64,000 nucleotides of DNA from a virus, in the IMG/VR virus record IMGVR_UViG_3300025929_000001, positions 31,418-95,417 of that record. One strand, 5' to 3'. A program made the position numbers and the translations under genes. The notes under the pieces were generated by a model. The model saw only the letters and a program-made list of their open reading frames with translations, made no database searches and was not told where the DNA came from. Position 1 is the first letter of the stretch. The number at the start of each line of letters is the position of its first letter. Below are positions 30,526 through 39,442 of the stretch, piece by piece.

Positions 30526-30975
30526 TCACCCTGTATAAACTGCTGAGTTAGCGCCGTGTTCTTTTACTTCGCATGACACAAGCTTAACGCGACCGATTTG
30601 TCTAACATCGAACAACCATTGCACGACCATGTCGAATACCATCTTTGCGAACATCTCGCAACCGACTGCCGGAACGGTAATGACTTCTGCTATGCCTAAG
30701 CCAGCAAGCGCACAGATTTCGTCATGTTGCGGGTCATCTTCTGCGACCAGCAATTTATGGTCGAAGGTATCTTGCAGCATCTTTTTAATGCTAGCAAGAC
30801 CGCCAAAGTCAATGACCCACATGCGCTCGTCGAGCAGTTCCGACTCGAACACCAGCTTGACCGCTATTGCATAGCCATGCAGATATTGGCAGTGTGAATG
30901 CGTTGCACGCCATTGACGGAATGCGCAGCTAAGGCCAATATCATGCCCCCATTGTTTTGTGCTTTGGAATGGCAT
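30526..30975 (-). CDS. queD: 6-carboxy-5,6,7,8-tetrahydropterin synthase
   Basis: HC.YLHGY, V.DFGGL, FDHK, E..A and EHGANSA motifs. Confidence 0.93.
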   Translation of the reverse strand: MPFQSTKQWGHDIGLSCAFRQWRATHSHCQYLHGYAIAVKLVFESELLDERMWVIDFGGLASIKKMLQDTFDHKLLVAEDDPQHDEICALAGLGIAEVITVPAVGCEMFAKMVFDMVVQWLFDVRQIGRVKLVSCEVKEHGANSAVYTG

Positions 30976-31757
30976 TATACCTCCGCAGACGTGCCGCGTT
31001 CGATGTCGTAGTTGCTGCTGAGCGGCAGCTCCATCAGACCAGCTTTAACCGCACGCATCACCAGCGGGTCAGGGACACCGGCTTCTTCGAAGCCTTTTGC
31101 ACGCAGCAGCGTCGCATGGTCGTGACCGGTCGGCGGATACTTGCCGTCGTAAGATGTGTGGCTATACGCCAGCGCTGCCATGCAATCGTGTAAGCTCATT
31201 GCAAGCTTGACCGATTCCGCCTTGGTAAGCGACATCAGCGGGGTCAAAATGCGCAGTGGTGGGATTGTGCCAGCTTCGCCGGTGAAGGTACCATAGTTGC
31301 AAGCTTCTTGCAGGGTGTTGATAAATACTGCGCGGCAGTCAGGATACCCGCCGTTATCTTCCTGGCAAACACCGGTCACAAGGATGTTGCAGCCCAGGAC
31401 GTATGCGCGGTTCGCTGCAACGGTGATGAACAACTGGTTGCGCATGGGTACGAAGGTCTTTTCCAGACCGCCGGGCAGCGACTGATGGTCAGCGTACTGT
31501 TCGAGCTCGACCGACTTGTTAGTCAGTGGGGACGTACCAGCGAGGATGCCGTCGCCAAGACGGATGAACTCGTGCTTCTCGCGGGGAATACCAGCCATCA
31601 TGGCAACGTGCTGTGCGGCGTCGAGTTCGATGCGGTGTTTTTGACCGTAGTCGAAAGTCACGCAGTGCACGTCGTAACCTTCGTTGATTGCCCAGAACAG
31701 GCAGGTCGTGCTATCTTGACCGCCGGACAGAATTACAAGTGCCTTTTGCTTAGCCAT
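30975..31757 (-). CDS. queC: 7-cyano-7-deazaguanine (preQ0) synthase
   Basis: LSGGQDSTT, FDYGQKH..E, TFVPMRN, GYPDCR and TPLM..TK motifs; the C-terminal Zn-binding cysteines are substituted. Confidence 0.93.
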   Translation of the reverse strand: MAKQKALVILSGGQDSTTCLFWAINEGYDVHCVTFDYGQKHRIELDAAQHVAMMAGIPREKHEFIRLGDGILAGTSPLTNKSVELEQYADHQSLPGGLEKTFVPMRNQLFITVAANRAYVLGCNILVTGVCQEDNGGYPDCRAVFINTLQEACNYGTFTGEAGTIPPLRILTPLMSLTKAESVKLAMSLHDCMAALAYSHTSYDGKYPPTGHDHATLLRAKGFEEAGVPDPLVMRAVKAGLMELPLSSNYDIERGTSAEV

Positions 31758-31767
31758 TTTTAGACTC

Positions 31768-32469
31768 CTATTCAACATCAATTATCTTGTGGGTCTGCAA
31801 TTGCAGGATGTAACCATGCTTCATGCAGCTAGCTTTGACCGCATCGACGTTGACCTTGTAAATGACTTCGTCTTTGGGGTCCATGGGCTGCACATAGATA
31901 GGCCTGGTATTGTCTTTGGGCGGCCGAGCAAGTTGCGGCGATGCTGTGTGGCCAAGCGCTTGGACTGGCAAACCGTCCGCGTCGTTAAGGCTGTCAGCGC
32001 TTAAGACGTATTTGAAGGCGTTGATATGGCTGAGCAGCTTGGGGCTGACCTTACCCGTCTTGGGGCTGCAAATGACCACAACCTTAGAGGGGAAGTCCTC
32101 CGGCGGTGCGAGCGTGCCGTTAGTCTCGACCTGAACGGTGAAACCTGCCGACAACAGCTTTTTGCATAGCGGGGTGATGTTTTGGCGGAATGGTTCGCCG
32201 CCGGTTATGACAACCAGGCAAGGCTTGTCAAGTGGGTTAAAGAAGAACACCTGATCGACTACGTCATGCATCGACATTTCCTTGCGACCAACCGTGTAGT
32301 CGGTATCGCAACCTGGGCACTGTAGATTACAGCCAGCCAGACGGACGAATACAGCGGGGTGTCCGCTGAAAGGGCCTTCGCCTTGGATTGTGTAGAAGAT
32401 GCTATGAACCGAGAGGATGATGCCGTTTGAGTCCCGATATTTTTCAATCGGTTGTTGGTTCTGGTTCAA
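31768..32469 (-). CDS. queE: 7-carboxy-7-deazaguanine synthase (radical SAM)
   Basis: FYTIQGEG, FVRLAGCNLQCPGCDT, ITGGEP, VETNG and QTHK motifs; probable TTG start at 32469 after GAGG. Confidence 0.95.
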   Translation of the reverse strand: MNQNQQPIEKYRDSNGIILSVHSIFYTIQGEGPFSGHPAVFVRLAGCNLQCPGCDTDYTVGRKEMSMHDVVDQVFFFNPLDKPCLVVITGGEPFRQNITPLCKKLLSAGFTVQVETNGTLAPPEDFPSKVVVICSPKTGKVSPKLLSHINAFKYVLSADSLNDADGLPVQALGHTASPQLARPPKDNTRPIYVQPMDPKDEVIYKVNVDAVKASCMKHGYILQLQTHKIIDVE

Positions 32470-32629
32470 TGTAACCTCACGAGGAACAGACAAGCCCTAG
32501 GCCTGTTGTGTACGGGTTTTGATGCGGGAGGGAGTGAACGGTTTTTACCGGGAAGCGCACGTTCCTTCTAGGTGGTGCACTTGCCGACAGGATAACCGAA
32601 AACCTCCGGGATGCCAGGCCGGAGTAGGC

Positions 32630-33214
32630 TTAGGCGGCGGCAGCTTCTGCGACCGGAGCGGCAGCAGGAGCTTCTGCAACGACAGGCTTGGCGACTTGGC
32701 CGAACACGCCGTTGAAGGTTTTCCAGCGAGCGTACTGCGTGCGGGTCGTTGCGTCGTTCAGGCCTTCGGCGGCGGTACGCTTGCTCAGCAGTGCGATGGT
32801 GACAGGCTGGCCCAGTTCAGCCGACATTGCGTCAGCGATTGCCCAGACCTTGCCGCAGGCGCCGTCTGGCTTCGGACGGGTGATGCCGTTCGATTGGGGC
32901 ATGACGACCTTCGGTGCTTTCTCGACAGCAGCGGCAGCAGCCTTCTGCTCAGCGGCCAGCTTGGCAGCGGCTTCCTTGGCTTCCTTGGCGGCCTGCTTTT
33001 CGGCTTCCTTCTTGGCCTTCACTTCGGCGCGTGCCTTGTCGGCCAGTTCCTTGGCTTCCTTCTTGGCAGCATCTGCCTTGGCCTTTGCTTCAGCTTTTGC
33101 AGCGTCAGCAATTTTCTTTGCTTCTGCTTTTGCAGCAGCAGCATCTGCCTTCGCTTTTGCAGCGGCATCGGCGGCTGCGGCGACTTGTTCTGGGGTTTGG
33201 ACGACGTCGTTCAT
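32630..33214 (-). CDS. Ala/Lys-rich histone-H1-like protein with a C-terminal helical domain (paralog family)
   Basis: AK-rich N-terminal half; C-terminal ITRP..G..G.VW.IAD...T.RTQYARW; AGGAG RBS. Confidence 0.75.
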   Translation of the reverse strand: MNDVVQTPEQVAAAADAAAKAKADAAAAKAEAKKIADAAKAEAKAKADAAKKEAKELADKARAEVKAKKEAEKQAAKEAKEAAAKLAAEQKAAAAAVEKAPKVVMPQSNGITRPKPDGACGKVWAIADAMSAELGQPVTIALLSKRTAAEGLNDATTRTQYARWKTFNGVFGQVAKPVVAEAPAAAPVAEAAAA

Positions 33215-33276
33215 GTTGACTCCTACTTGTGGTTTAGCCAAGGTGGCGGGAAAAAGTGTTACTGCGATCGAGTGAC

Positions 33277-33307
33277 AATATTAATGCAAGTGTTTAACAG
33301 GGGCAAG
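33277..33307 (-). promoter_or_regulatory. Sigma70-like promoter
   Basis: TTGCCC-17-TAATAT on the - strand, upstream of 33214. Confidence 0.45.
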
Positions 33308-33384
33308 CGTTTTTTGCTAGATTTTTAAAAATATTTCGGGTCTGAACATAGCACAACACTTCGATGCTCTAGACCCGAAAACAT

Positions 33385-34134
33385 TCACTTAGTCGACTTC
33401 CATTTTCCGAACTGCACGCTAGCAGTGCTACCGTTAATTCCTTCCGCTTCGCACGCTGCAATGATCTGTTTGCGGACGTCTTTTAACTCGCTCGGGCTAC
33501 CGGCAGCTAACCACACTTGTTCTGCGATCTCCCATACCCGACCGGTTTTCGATCCGGCTGCCGGTGCGCCAGCTGCAACCGGGGCCGCATTTGGGTCACG
33601 CGGTGCACGCGGCGTAGGCGCCTGTTTTGCTTGGGTAGCAAGCGCGTTAACAATGGGGTTTGCAACGCGGGCAACGGGGGTAGGCGCTGCGTTTGCTGCG
33701 GGTAAGGGGGGTATTACCGGTACATACGGCGCAGCGCTTACAAGGGGTTTTGCTGCGTATGCGTCATTTACTTCCAGGGGTTTGGTTTGACCTGGCGCGT
33801 AGCGGTAGTAATTGAGGTCGGTCGCGCTGACGAACGCGGCTTGTGTGGCTATCTCCGCAGCGTTAAGCGTAGACTCCGGCAGGTCGGTGAGCAGCGTGCT
33901 AATGTTCGGCTCGAGTCCATGACGCGTAAAGCCCGGAAAGTTGGTACCGGTCAGGTTCTTGTAGAGCAGTCTAAGCTCGAGGTCGCTAAACTTCTGCCAT
34001 GGCATCGTCACCTCGCAAGACAGCACTGCGGCTGCGCACTGCGGAAATTCGATGTGCATCAGGTCTGCAAGCACCTTCGCATCCGCGTGCTTGTAACGAA
34101 CCTGCATTGCATCTTTATCTATTAAGACGTACAT
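33385..34134 (-). CDS. Hypothetical protein with the same C-terminal helical domain (paralog family)
   Basis: C-terminal GSKTGRVWEIAE...GIN.STASVQF.KW; AAGGAG RBS. Confidence 0.75.
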   Translation of the reverse strand: MYVLIDKDAMQVRYKHADAKVLADLMHIEFPQCAAAVLSCEVTMPWQKFSDLELRLLYKNLTGTNFPGFTRHGLEPNISTLLTDLPESTLNAAEIATQAAFVSATDLNYYRYAPGQTKPLEVNDAYAAKPLVSAAPYVPVIPPLPAANAAPTPVARVANPIVNALATQAKQAPTPRAPRDPNAAPVAAGAPAAGSKTGRVWEIAEQVWLAAGSPSELKDVRKQIIAACEAEGINGSTASVQFGKWKSTK

Positions 34135-34190
34135 TCTAAATCTCCTTGTGCTGTTTAAACAGCTTTTATTGTAGCACAAATTTTTAAAAG

Positions 34191-35903
34191 CTAAAACGGA
34201 ATTTCATTACCGTTGATAGCTGTTTGGAACCCGCCGGTGAACGACACTTGCAGGATTTCAGGATGCGGCTTGTTGAGCCAGACCTTTATGTGCGTCGGTG
34301 CGAGCAATTGGTCAAAGAGCTTTGCAGCAGCGTCCGTAGACTCAGGGAATGGTAAGCTTGTCCGTTCTTCCCACCATTCACGAGCTTTGCGGCGGCCGAA
34401 CCCTTCGTGCTCGAACAACACCCATTGATTGTATCGGTGGACGCCGCAAAAGTACGTTACCCAAAGGCTAGGCGGTTTGCCAGGCTTATTGTGTATCTTA
34501 AAGGTAATGGTGTCAACCTTCAGCACCTCCACGACGGGCATGTCATTCTTGATGAGCTCCTCACTGCTAGCATTCATCTTGAGCAGCACCTTAAAGGTGA
34601 ACTCCATGCCGCAGCCCGCGGGTGACTTAAAAGGTTCGCCGCCGCAATAGCGTGCTGAGATGTGGTTATACATCCCGCAGCCGTCGCAAATTTTGATAGG
34701 TACGTCGCCTTTAGCGCCACCCTTCTTGCGCGGCAGCACCGGGTCGTTGATAGGTCCTAAGCGCTTGGAGTTCTGCGCAAAGTCCATCACCAAGCAATTT
34801 TGCTTTTCGGAATGCTCAATTGCATCCAAACGGCCCTGAGTAGTTGTCAGGTCAAAACCGTCTGCGTATAACGGACGCGTACCACGACCAAGCATTTGCA
34901 CCCAAAGAACTGTCGACTGTGTTGGACGCAGCATAACGATAAGGTCAATAGCCTTGAAGTTAACACCGGTCGTCAATATACCGTTGTTCACCATTGCTTT
35001 GAACTTACCCGCTTTCCAGTCCGCGATATTGTCATCGCGTTCCTTGTCGGTCATCTTACTGTGAACACACCGGGCACTGATGCCCAGATAGTTCAGCATT
35101 TGTGTTATCTTAAGTACGTGCTGAATCCCGCTACCAAAAACAAGCCAATGTTCTCGACCATAACCGTGTAGAACGGCCTCTTTGAGCGCAGCAAAAGTAA
35201 TTTCATCTTTATCAACTGCAAGTTGCAGTTCCTTTTGGTTGAATTCGCCACCCTGTAAGTGCACGCCAGTGACGTCCAGGATTGTCTCTGTACTCTTTGG
35301 CACCAACGGCACCAAATAGCCTTCTTTGATGAAACGATTAAATGCCGCCATGCTAGTTACGTCAAACGGAATATCCGTAAAGATACCGTCGTCAGTAATC
35401 TTGCCTTGACCAGCTCGCCACGGCGTAGCGGTAAGACCGATAACGCGCAGATACGGGTTTACTTCTTTGAGCTTAGCGATAACCTTTTGATACATCGACT
35501 CATCGTTTTGCGAGAGCAGGTGGCACTCGTCGATTATCATAAGGTCAACCCGACCGAAGTCAGCAATTGCCTTGTTAATCGACGCGATACCGCAAAAGGT
35601 AATATTGGAATGGAGGTCTTTGCGCTTGAGTCCAGCGCTGTAAATGCCTGCGGGTGCAGTGGGCCAGATGCCCATGAACTCGAGATAGTTTTGCTCGATA
35701 AGTTCTTTTACATGTGTGGCTACAAGTATCTTCTGCCTAGCATACATGCGCAATGCACGTTCCAGGAATGCAGCAATGACCACACTCTTGCCGGTTCCGG
35801 TCGGCATGGCCACCACGGGATGCCTGTCTAAATCAGGCGTCTTTGCAAAATAATCAAATAGGCAGTTAACCGCTTCGTCTTGGTAATCGCGAGGGACTAG
35901 CAT
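34191..35903 (-). CDS. SF2 DNA helicase (RadD/YejH-like) with Zn finger
   Basis: PRDYQ, PTGTGKS, DECH, LTATP, LTTG, QMLGRGTR, and CxxC...C motifs. Confidence 0.93.
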   Translation of the reverse strand: MLVPRDYQDEAVNCLFDYFAKTPDLDRHPVVAMPTGTGKSVVIAAFLERALRMYARQKILVATHVKELIEQNYLEFMGIWPTAPAGIYSAGLKRKDLHSNITFCGIASINKAIADFGRVDLMIIDECHLLSQNDESMYQKVIAKLKEVNPYLRVIGLTATPWRAGQGKITDDGIFTDIPFDVTSMAAFNRFIKEGYLVPLVPKSTETILDVTGVHLQGGEFNQKELQLAVDKDEITFAALKEAVLHGYGREHWLVFGSGIQHVLKITQMLNYLGISARCVHSKMTDKERDDNIADWKAGKFKAMVNNGILTTGVNFKAIDLIVMLRPTQSTVLWVQMLGRGTRPLYADGFDLTTTQGRLDAIEHSEKQNCLVMDFAQNSKRLGPINDPVLPRKKGGAKGDVPIKICDGCGMYNHISARYCGGEPFKSPAGCGMEFTFKVLLKMNASSEELIKNDMPVVEVLKVDTITFKIHNKPGKPPSLWVTYFCGVHRYNQWVLFEHEGFGRRKAREWWEERTSLPFPESTDAAAKLFDQLLAPTHIKVWLNKPHPEILQVSFTGGFQTAINGNEIPF

Positions 35904-35904
35904 T

Positions 35905-36831
35905 TTAGAATGGTGTGTATTCCTGGCACGCGGCCAATTGCATCTCTTTAGTTAAGATGTCGTTAGTTGGGTCTGGTTGAGTAAATGCACGCCGAGCGCT
36001 CTTGCAACGCCAAGTTCCGTCCTCTGCTGCATACGCATGAAAGCAAGTCCTACAGTTGACCGCTTTTGGAGCATCGTTGTGACAAATGTCTTTCATGTCG
36101 CAGTAGCGGCACGCATACAAACCGGGTGACGCACCGCGTATCTTTGCAGGCGCTTCTCTCAGGTAAATGATTTGCTTTGCGCGGTCAAGGTATTGGTCTG
36201 CAAGCAAGGTGTCCAGGATTACAATCTCCATGTGATACTCGTCAGTGTTCTTGTTGACGGCACCATACAGCGCGTACATCAAACCCATCTTGCGCATGTA
36301 AGTATTCATCTGCGCATAGTGTTCTGGCTTCGCTACCTGTACACCGGACTTCTGTAACTTTAGAAAGGAATTCTCTCCATGAGTCTTGAACTCAAGGAGG
36401 CAAGGCGTACCAACAGGAACATCAGGGACCCCAATGCCCACCCCGTCACCACTGCCGCCAAAATGCCCGCCACAATCTGAAATGCGAAACTGGTTTCCGC
36501 TAGCGTCTTGTTGATAGACCTGCACGCCAATCGAAAGTAGCGCCGCAATAAAACGCGCCTCCTCCAAATGGCCACGATTAAACAGACGTAACATTCGACC
36601 AGTAAACTTCGGCTTCTTAGACCAATGAAATCCATACCAAATTTCCCTCGCACATTCTCGTCCGATCATAGATGCTCCAAGGTGCGACCTGAACCCTTCG
36701 TCTGCACCGCGGAACGCGTCGCCCATGTGGGGCATTACTTGACCCTGCGCAACTCTAAAAGCAGCACCCTGATCCGCCTCCATGGACGATTCGATCAAGG
36801 ACAATGTTTTTAGGGCTAGCTGGTATGCCAT
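35905..36831 (-). CDS. Cas4-like / PD-(D/E)XK exonuclease
   Basis: HLGAS.IG.EC.R, RGH.EE, GSGDG, LEFKT and HYAQ...YM motifs; C-terminal CxxC...C cluster. Confidence 0.85.
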   Translation of the reverse strand: MAYQLALKTLSLIESSMEADQGAAFRVAQGQVMPHMGDAFRGADEGFRSHLGASMIGRECAREIWYGFHWSKKPKFTGRMLRLFNRGHLEEARFIAALLSIGVQVYQQDASGNQFRISDCGGHFGGSGDGVGIGVPDVPVGTPCLLEFKTHGENSFLKLQKSGVQVAKPEHYAQMNTYMRKMGLMYALYGAVNKNTDEYHMEIVILDTLLADQYLDRAKQIIYLREAPAKIRGASPGLYACRYCDMKDICHNDAPKAVNCRTCFHAYAAEDGTWRCKSARRAFTQPDPTNDILTKEMQLAACQEYTPF

Positions 36832-36851
36832 GTGATTCTCTTATTGTGGTC

Positions 36852-36884
36852 AAAAAGACCAGACCCGTTTTACGGGGTCTGGTT
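36852..36884 (-). terminator. Intrinsic terminator after the SSB gene
   Basis: ACCAGACCC-cgtaaaac-GGGTCTGGT-CTTTT on the - strand. Confidence 0.7.
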
Positions 36885-36938
36885 GAACTCTAGCCTTGGT
36901 AGGCTGAGAGGAGACAGGGTACTACCGAAAAGAAAAGA

Positions 36939-37784
36939 TTACTGCGCAGGCTGAGCCATCCAGGGCGGAACAGCAGCGCCGGCGGCCGGGTTAGCAGCCA
37001 TCGGGGCCGGGGCACCGGTCGATGCCTGTGAGGGGGCAGTAGTCATCGCCGGGGCCGGGGCAGTCTGGGTAGGGACACCCGCCCAAGCAGGCTGAACCTG
37101 TTGGGCTTGCTGGACGTTTGGGTCTTGCACCGGTGGCTGATAGGCTTGTTGCTGGACTGGCGCAGCTTGTTGGACTGGAGCAGCTTGCGCTGGAGCCTGG
37201 AACGGGACTGCGCCAGCTGGCGGGTTCCATTGGGCTTGTGCTGCGTTCGGTGCAGCGGCGGGAGGTTGATACGCGGCAGGTGGAGCGCCGACCGGGGCAG
37301 CGGCTGGCGGTGGCATCATTGGGGCTGCGCGGACTGGAGCAGGTGCGACCAGATTGACGCCGGTGCTCTTGCTGACTGCGGTTGGGTCGTCTGCACGACG
37401 GAACGCGGTAACGTCGTTGGACTCGTCGTAGTTGCCAGAAGCGGGACGAACCTTGACTTTGGCGCGGAATGGGATGTTGTGGAGTTGCGCGGTGTCTTGC
37501 AGCATCAGCATGTTGCAAGCATGGCAGAGTGCCGACAGTTGCTTCTGGCCGATTTCTTGCGCTTGTGCGGACTGGTTCTGGATGTTGAAGTTCATGAAGA
37601 CCTTACGACCAGCGTATTGACCTTCCAGCACTTTTGCGACAGCAGCCATGATTGTGCCTGTACCAGTACTGGTCGGCTTGACCTCGGTTGACTCGATCGC
37701 GAACAGGTACCAATCCGGTGGAATTGCACCAGCGCGGCCTTCGTCTGGTTGAACATTGTTCGCATTGAAATTAATTTGTGCCAT
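36939..37784 (-). CDS. Single-stranded DNA-binding protein (DUF669-like)
   Basis: INFNA..V.P...IP.DWY...EG.YAGRKVF..FNI.N...A.EIG..QLS.LCHA; long Pro/Ala/Gln tail ending PPWM. Confidence 0.8.
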   Translation of the reverse strand: MAQINFNANNVQPDEGRAGAIPPDWYLFAIESTEVKPTSTGTGTIMAAVAKVLEGQYAGRKVFMNFNIQNQSAQAQEIGQKQLSALCHACNMLMLQDTAQLHNIPFRAKVKVRPASGNYDESNDVTAFRRADDPTAVSKSTGVNLVAPAPVRAAPMMPPPAAAPVGAPPAAYQPPAAAPNAAQAQWNPPAGAVPFQAPAQAAPVQQAAPVQQQAYQPPVQDPNVQQAQQVQPAWAGVPTQTAPAPAMTTAPSQASTGAPAPMAANPAAGAAVPPWMAQPAQ

Positions 37785-37958
37785 TTGATACTTTCGTTTG
37801 TTTAGGTCGGATATCCATTAAAATCCGCTGGATATCGGTGCGGTTACTAAAAGGGTGGGCAGCTACGCTATCTATTCAGATGACCACCTGATAGCTAGGC
37901 GGTTCACTACGTTTGGTAACGACCATCCTGTTTTACTGCTGCCCGTTGATCTGTGTGG

Positions 37959-38078
37959 TTACTTGCCCCATCCGTAGGGTAGACCATTGCGGAACATCAT
38001 GTGGATCAGTATGGTCATTTGCTTCGGTATCAAGTTCGGTACGTGAACTGGAGCTTTCGGGAGTTTATTTTTAGCCAT
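37959..38078 (-). CDS. Possible 39-aa ORF (MAKNKLPKAP...GWGK)
   Basis: Open frame between the AAA gene and the SSB leader; no clear RBS. Confidence 0.3.
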   Translation of the reverse strand: MAKNKLPKAPVHVPNLIPKQMTILIHMMFRNGLPYGWGK

Positions 38079-38101
38079 GATGATATTTTGGGTAAAATTT
38101 T

Positions 38102-38935
38102 TTAAACGTCACGATTGTAGACGTCAACGCCGCTGCACTGGTAAATCTCGGCAGCAAGATGATTCCAACCGTGTTCTTTTGGGAGTGCGATACTGTTGAC
38201 CACACCAAAGCGATTACCTGCGACCCATCCGGGTGTACGGGTCAAAGCCAGGACGCGTCCTTGGTTTGCGCTGACACCCTTGTTCATAGTCTTGCCTTCA
38301 GACACGTACAATGGTTCGTGCAGGAAGCCGACAACGTCTGCCCATTGGGTCAGCATTTCGCGCTTGCCGTAAGTCTTTTGATTTTTGGGGGAGTGTAACA
38401 GGATGTCCCACGTATCATATTCGCCAAATGCAGGGTCGACGACCTTAGCTGCAAATACGTGACACGTAAGAACGATATTGATGCCGTAATGGACGGCCAG
38501 TTGATCGCACTTGGTAAGGAAGTTTCCAAACAGTTCGTTGGCGTAGTTGTACGCCTTTCCATATCCGCCCAGGGCGCTTTCCATAGTCACGGCCTTTTTG
38601 TTGCCGTTAGCGGATGCGGGGTCGGAGGAGATAACCGATTGGTGGATCAGACGCTCGAGAGCAGTAGCGCTGTCGAAGATGATGCTTTGGTATGGGAATT
38701 GACCGGCTGCACAATTGGCAAGGACTTCGTCCAGCAGCATCATGACATGGTCGTAGTGTTCCAGCATTGGGGTCTTGTGCACCACGACACCAGCAAAGCC
38801 GACTTCGAGTGGAACTAACAGTGCGCGGGGAGCGCTGCACGCTAGAGTAGTTTTACCCATCTTCTCGACACCGGAAACGACGACGCGAATACCGGTACGG
38901 GCTGAACTGTGCGATACTGCTGCAAGTATTGACAT
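38102..38935 (-). CDS. AAA_24 / Sak4-like ATPase
   Basis: Walker A G.EKMGKTT, IIFDSATALE, GGYGKAY, WADVVGF and AGNRFG motifs. Confidence 0.85.
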   Translation of the reverse strand: MSILAAVSHSSARTGIRVVVSGVEKMGKTTLACSAPRALLVPLEVGFAGVVVHKTPMLEHYDHVMMLLDEVLANCAAGQFPYQSIIFDSATALERLIHQSVISSDPASANGNKKAVTMESALGGYGKAYNYANELFGNFLTKCDQLAVHYGINIVLTCHVFAAKVVDPAFGEYDTWDILLHSPKNQKTYGKREMLTQWADVVGFLHEPLYVSEGKTMNKGVSANQGRVLALTRTPGWVAGNRFGVVNSIALPKEHGWNHLAAEIYQCSGVDVYNRDV

Positions 38936-39024
38936 GTTTTTGTAAACTCCAAAGATAGGAATACCGCCTAAGGCTCTGGCCTAGCGGGGTTTTTAACTCC
39001 CCGGCGTTAACCGGGGGTAACTAA

Positions 39025-39053
39025 ACTATATGCGTTCAGTTTAGCGAATGCAA
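39025..39053 (-). promoter_or_regulatory. Sigma70-like promoter
   Basis: TTGCAT-17-TATAGT on the - strand. Confidence 0.65.
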
Positions 39054-39079
39054 GCACTATTTTTCAGGCTGATACCAAA

Positions 39080-39442
39080 TTATTTAATCGGATCTGGCGG
39101 TGGTGTATCTGCGTTGAAAGGATGACCTAATCCATACTTAAGCTTCTGCATGTGCGTATGTGCTTCCGTGACTCTTATGCGCAACGCTATGATATATGCA
39201 TCGTCATCGTCGTAACAGTCTCTAGGCGAAGCATAAGCTTCAAATATTAAGCGGAACGCATGGTCGAAGTGCGCTTGCCTTGCCGGATCAGTAAATGTAG
39301 CCGGGTGGACGAATTGATAGCACTGAGGACACTTCTTAACATCCGCAATGTCATGGTCTGACATGATTTTGATCTGCGCACAGCACGAACTACATTCATA
39401 GACCTTCGAATACTGAAAAGTCTCAACTAGCTTCCATTGCAT
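39080..39442 (-). CDS. Zn-ribbon protein
   Basis: CxxC...CxxC motifs. Confidence 0.55.
   Translation of the reverse strand: MQWKLVETFQYSKVYECSSCCAQIKIMSDHDIADVKKCPQCYQFVHPATFTDPARQAHFDHAFRLIFEAYASPRDCYDDDDAYIIALRIRVTEAHTHMQKLKYGLGHPFNADTPPPDPIK

Noticed and set aside
32494-32629. preQ1 riboswitch upstream of queE
   Set aside because: The preQ1-I stem-loop plus A-rich tail consensus could not be matched by eye; a cmscan is needed.
35905-36831. Cas4-like gene suggesting a CRISPR system
   Set aside because: No repeat-spacer array or other cas genes; solo Cas4-like nucleases are common in phage replication modules.
37853-37944. tRNA-like element (7-bp closing stem followed by ACCC, ~90 nt)
   Set aside because: No D-loop GG in position, no TTC T-loop and no 7-nt anticodon loop. 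Kept only as an unknown structured RNA.
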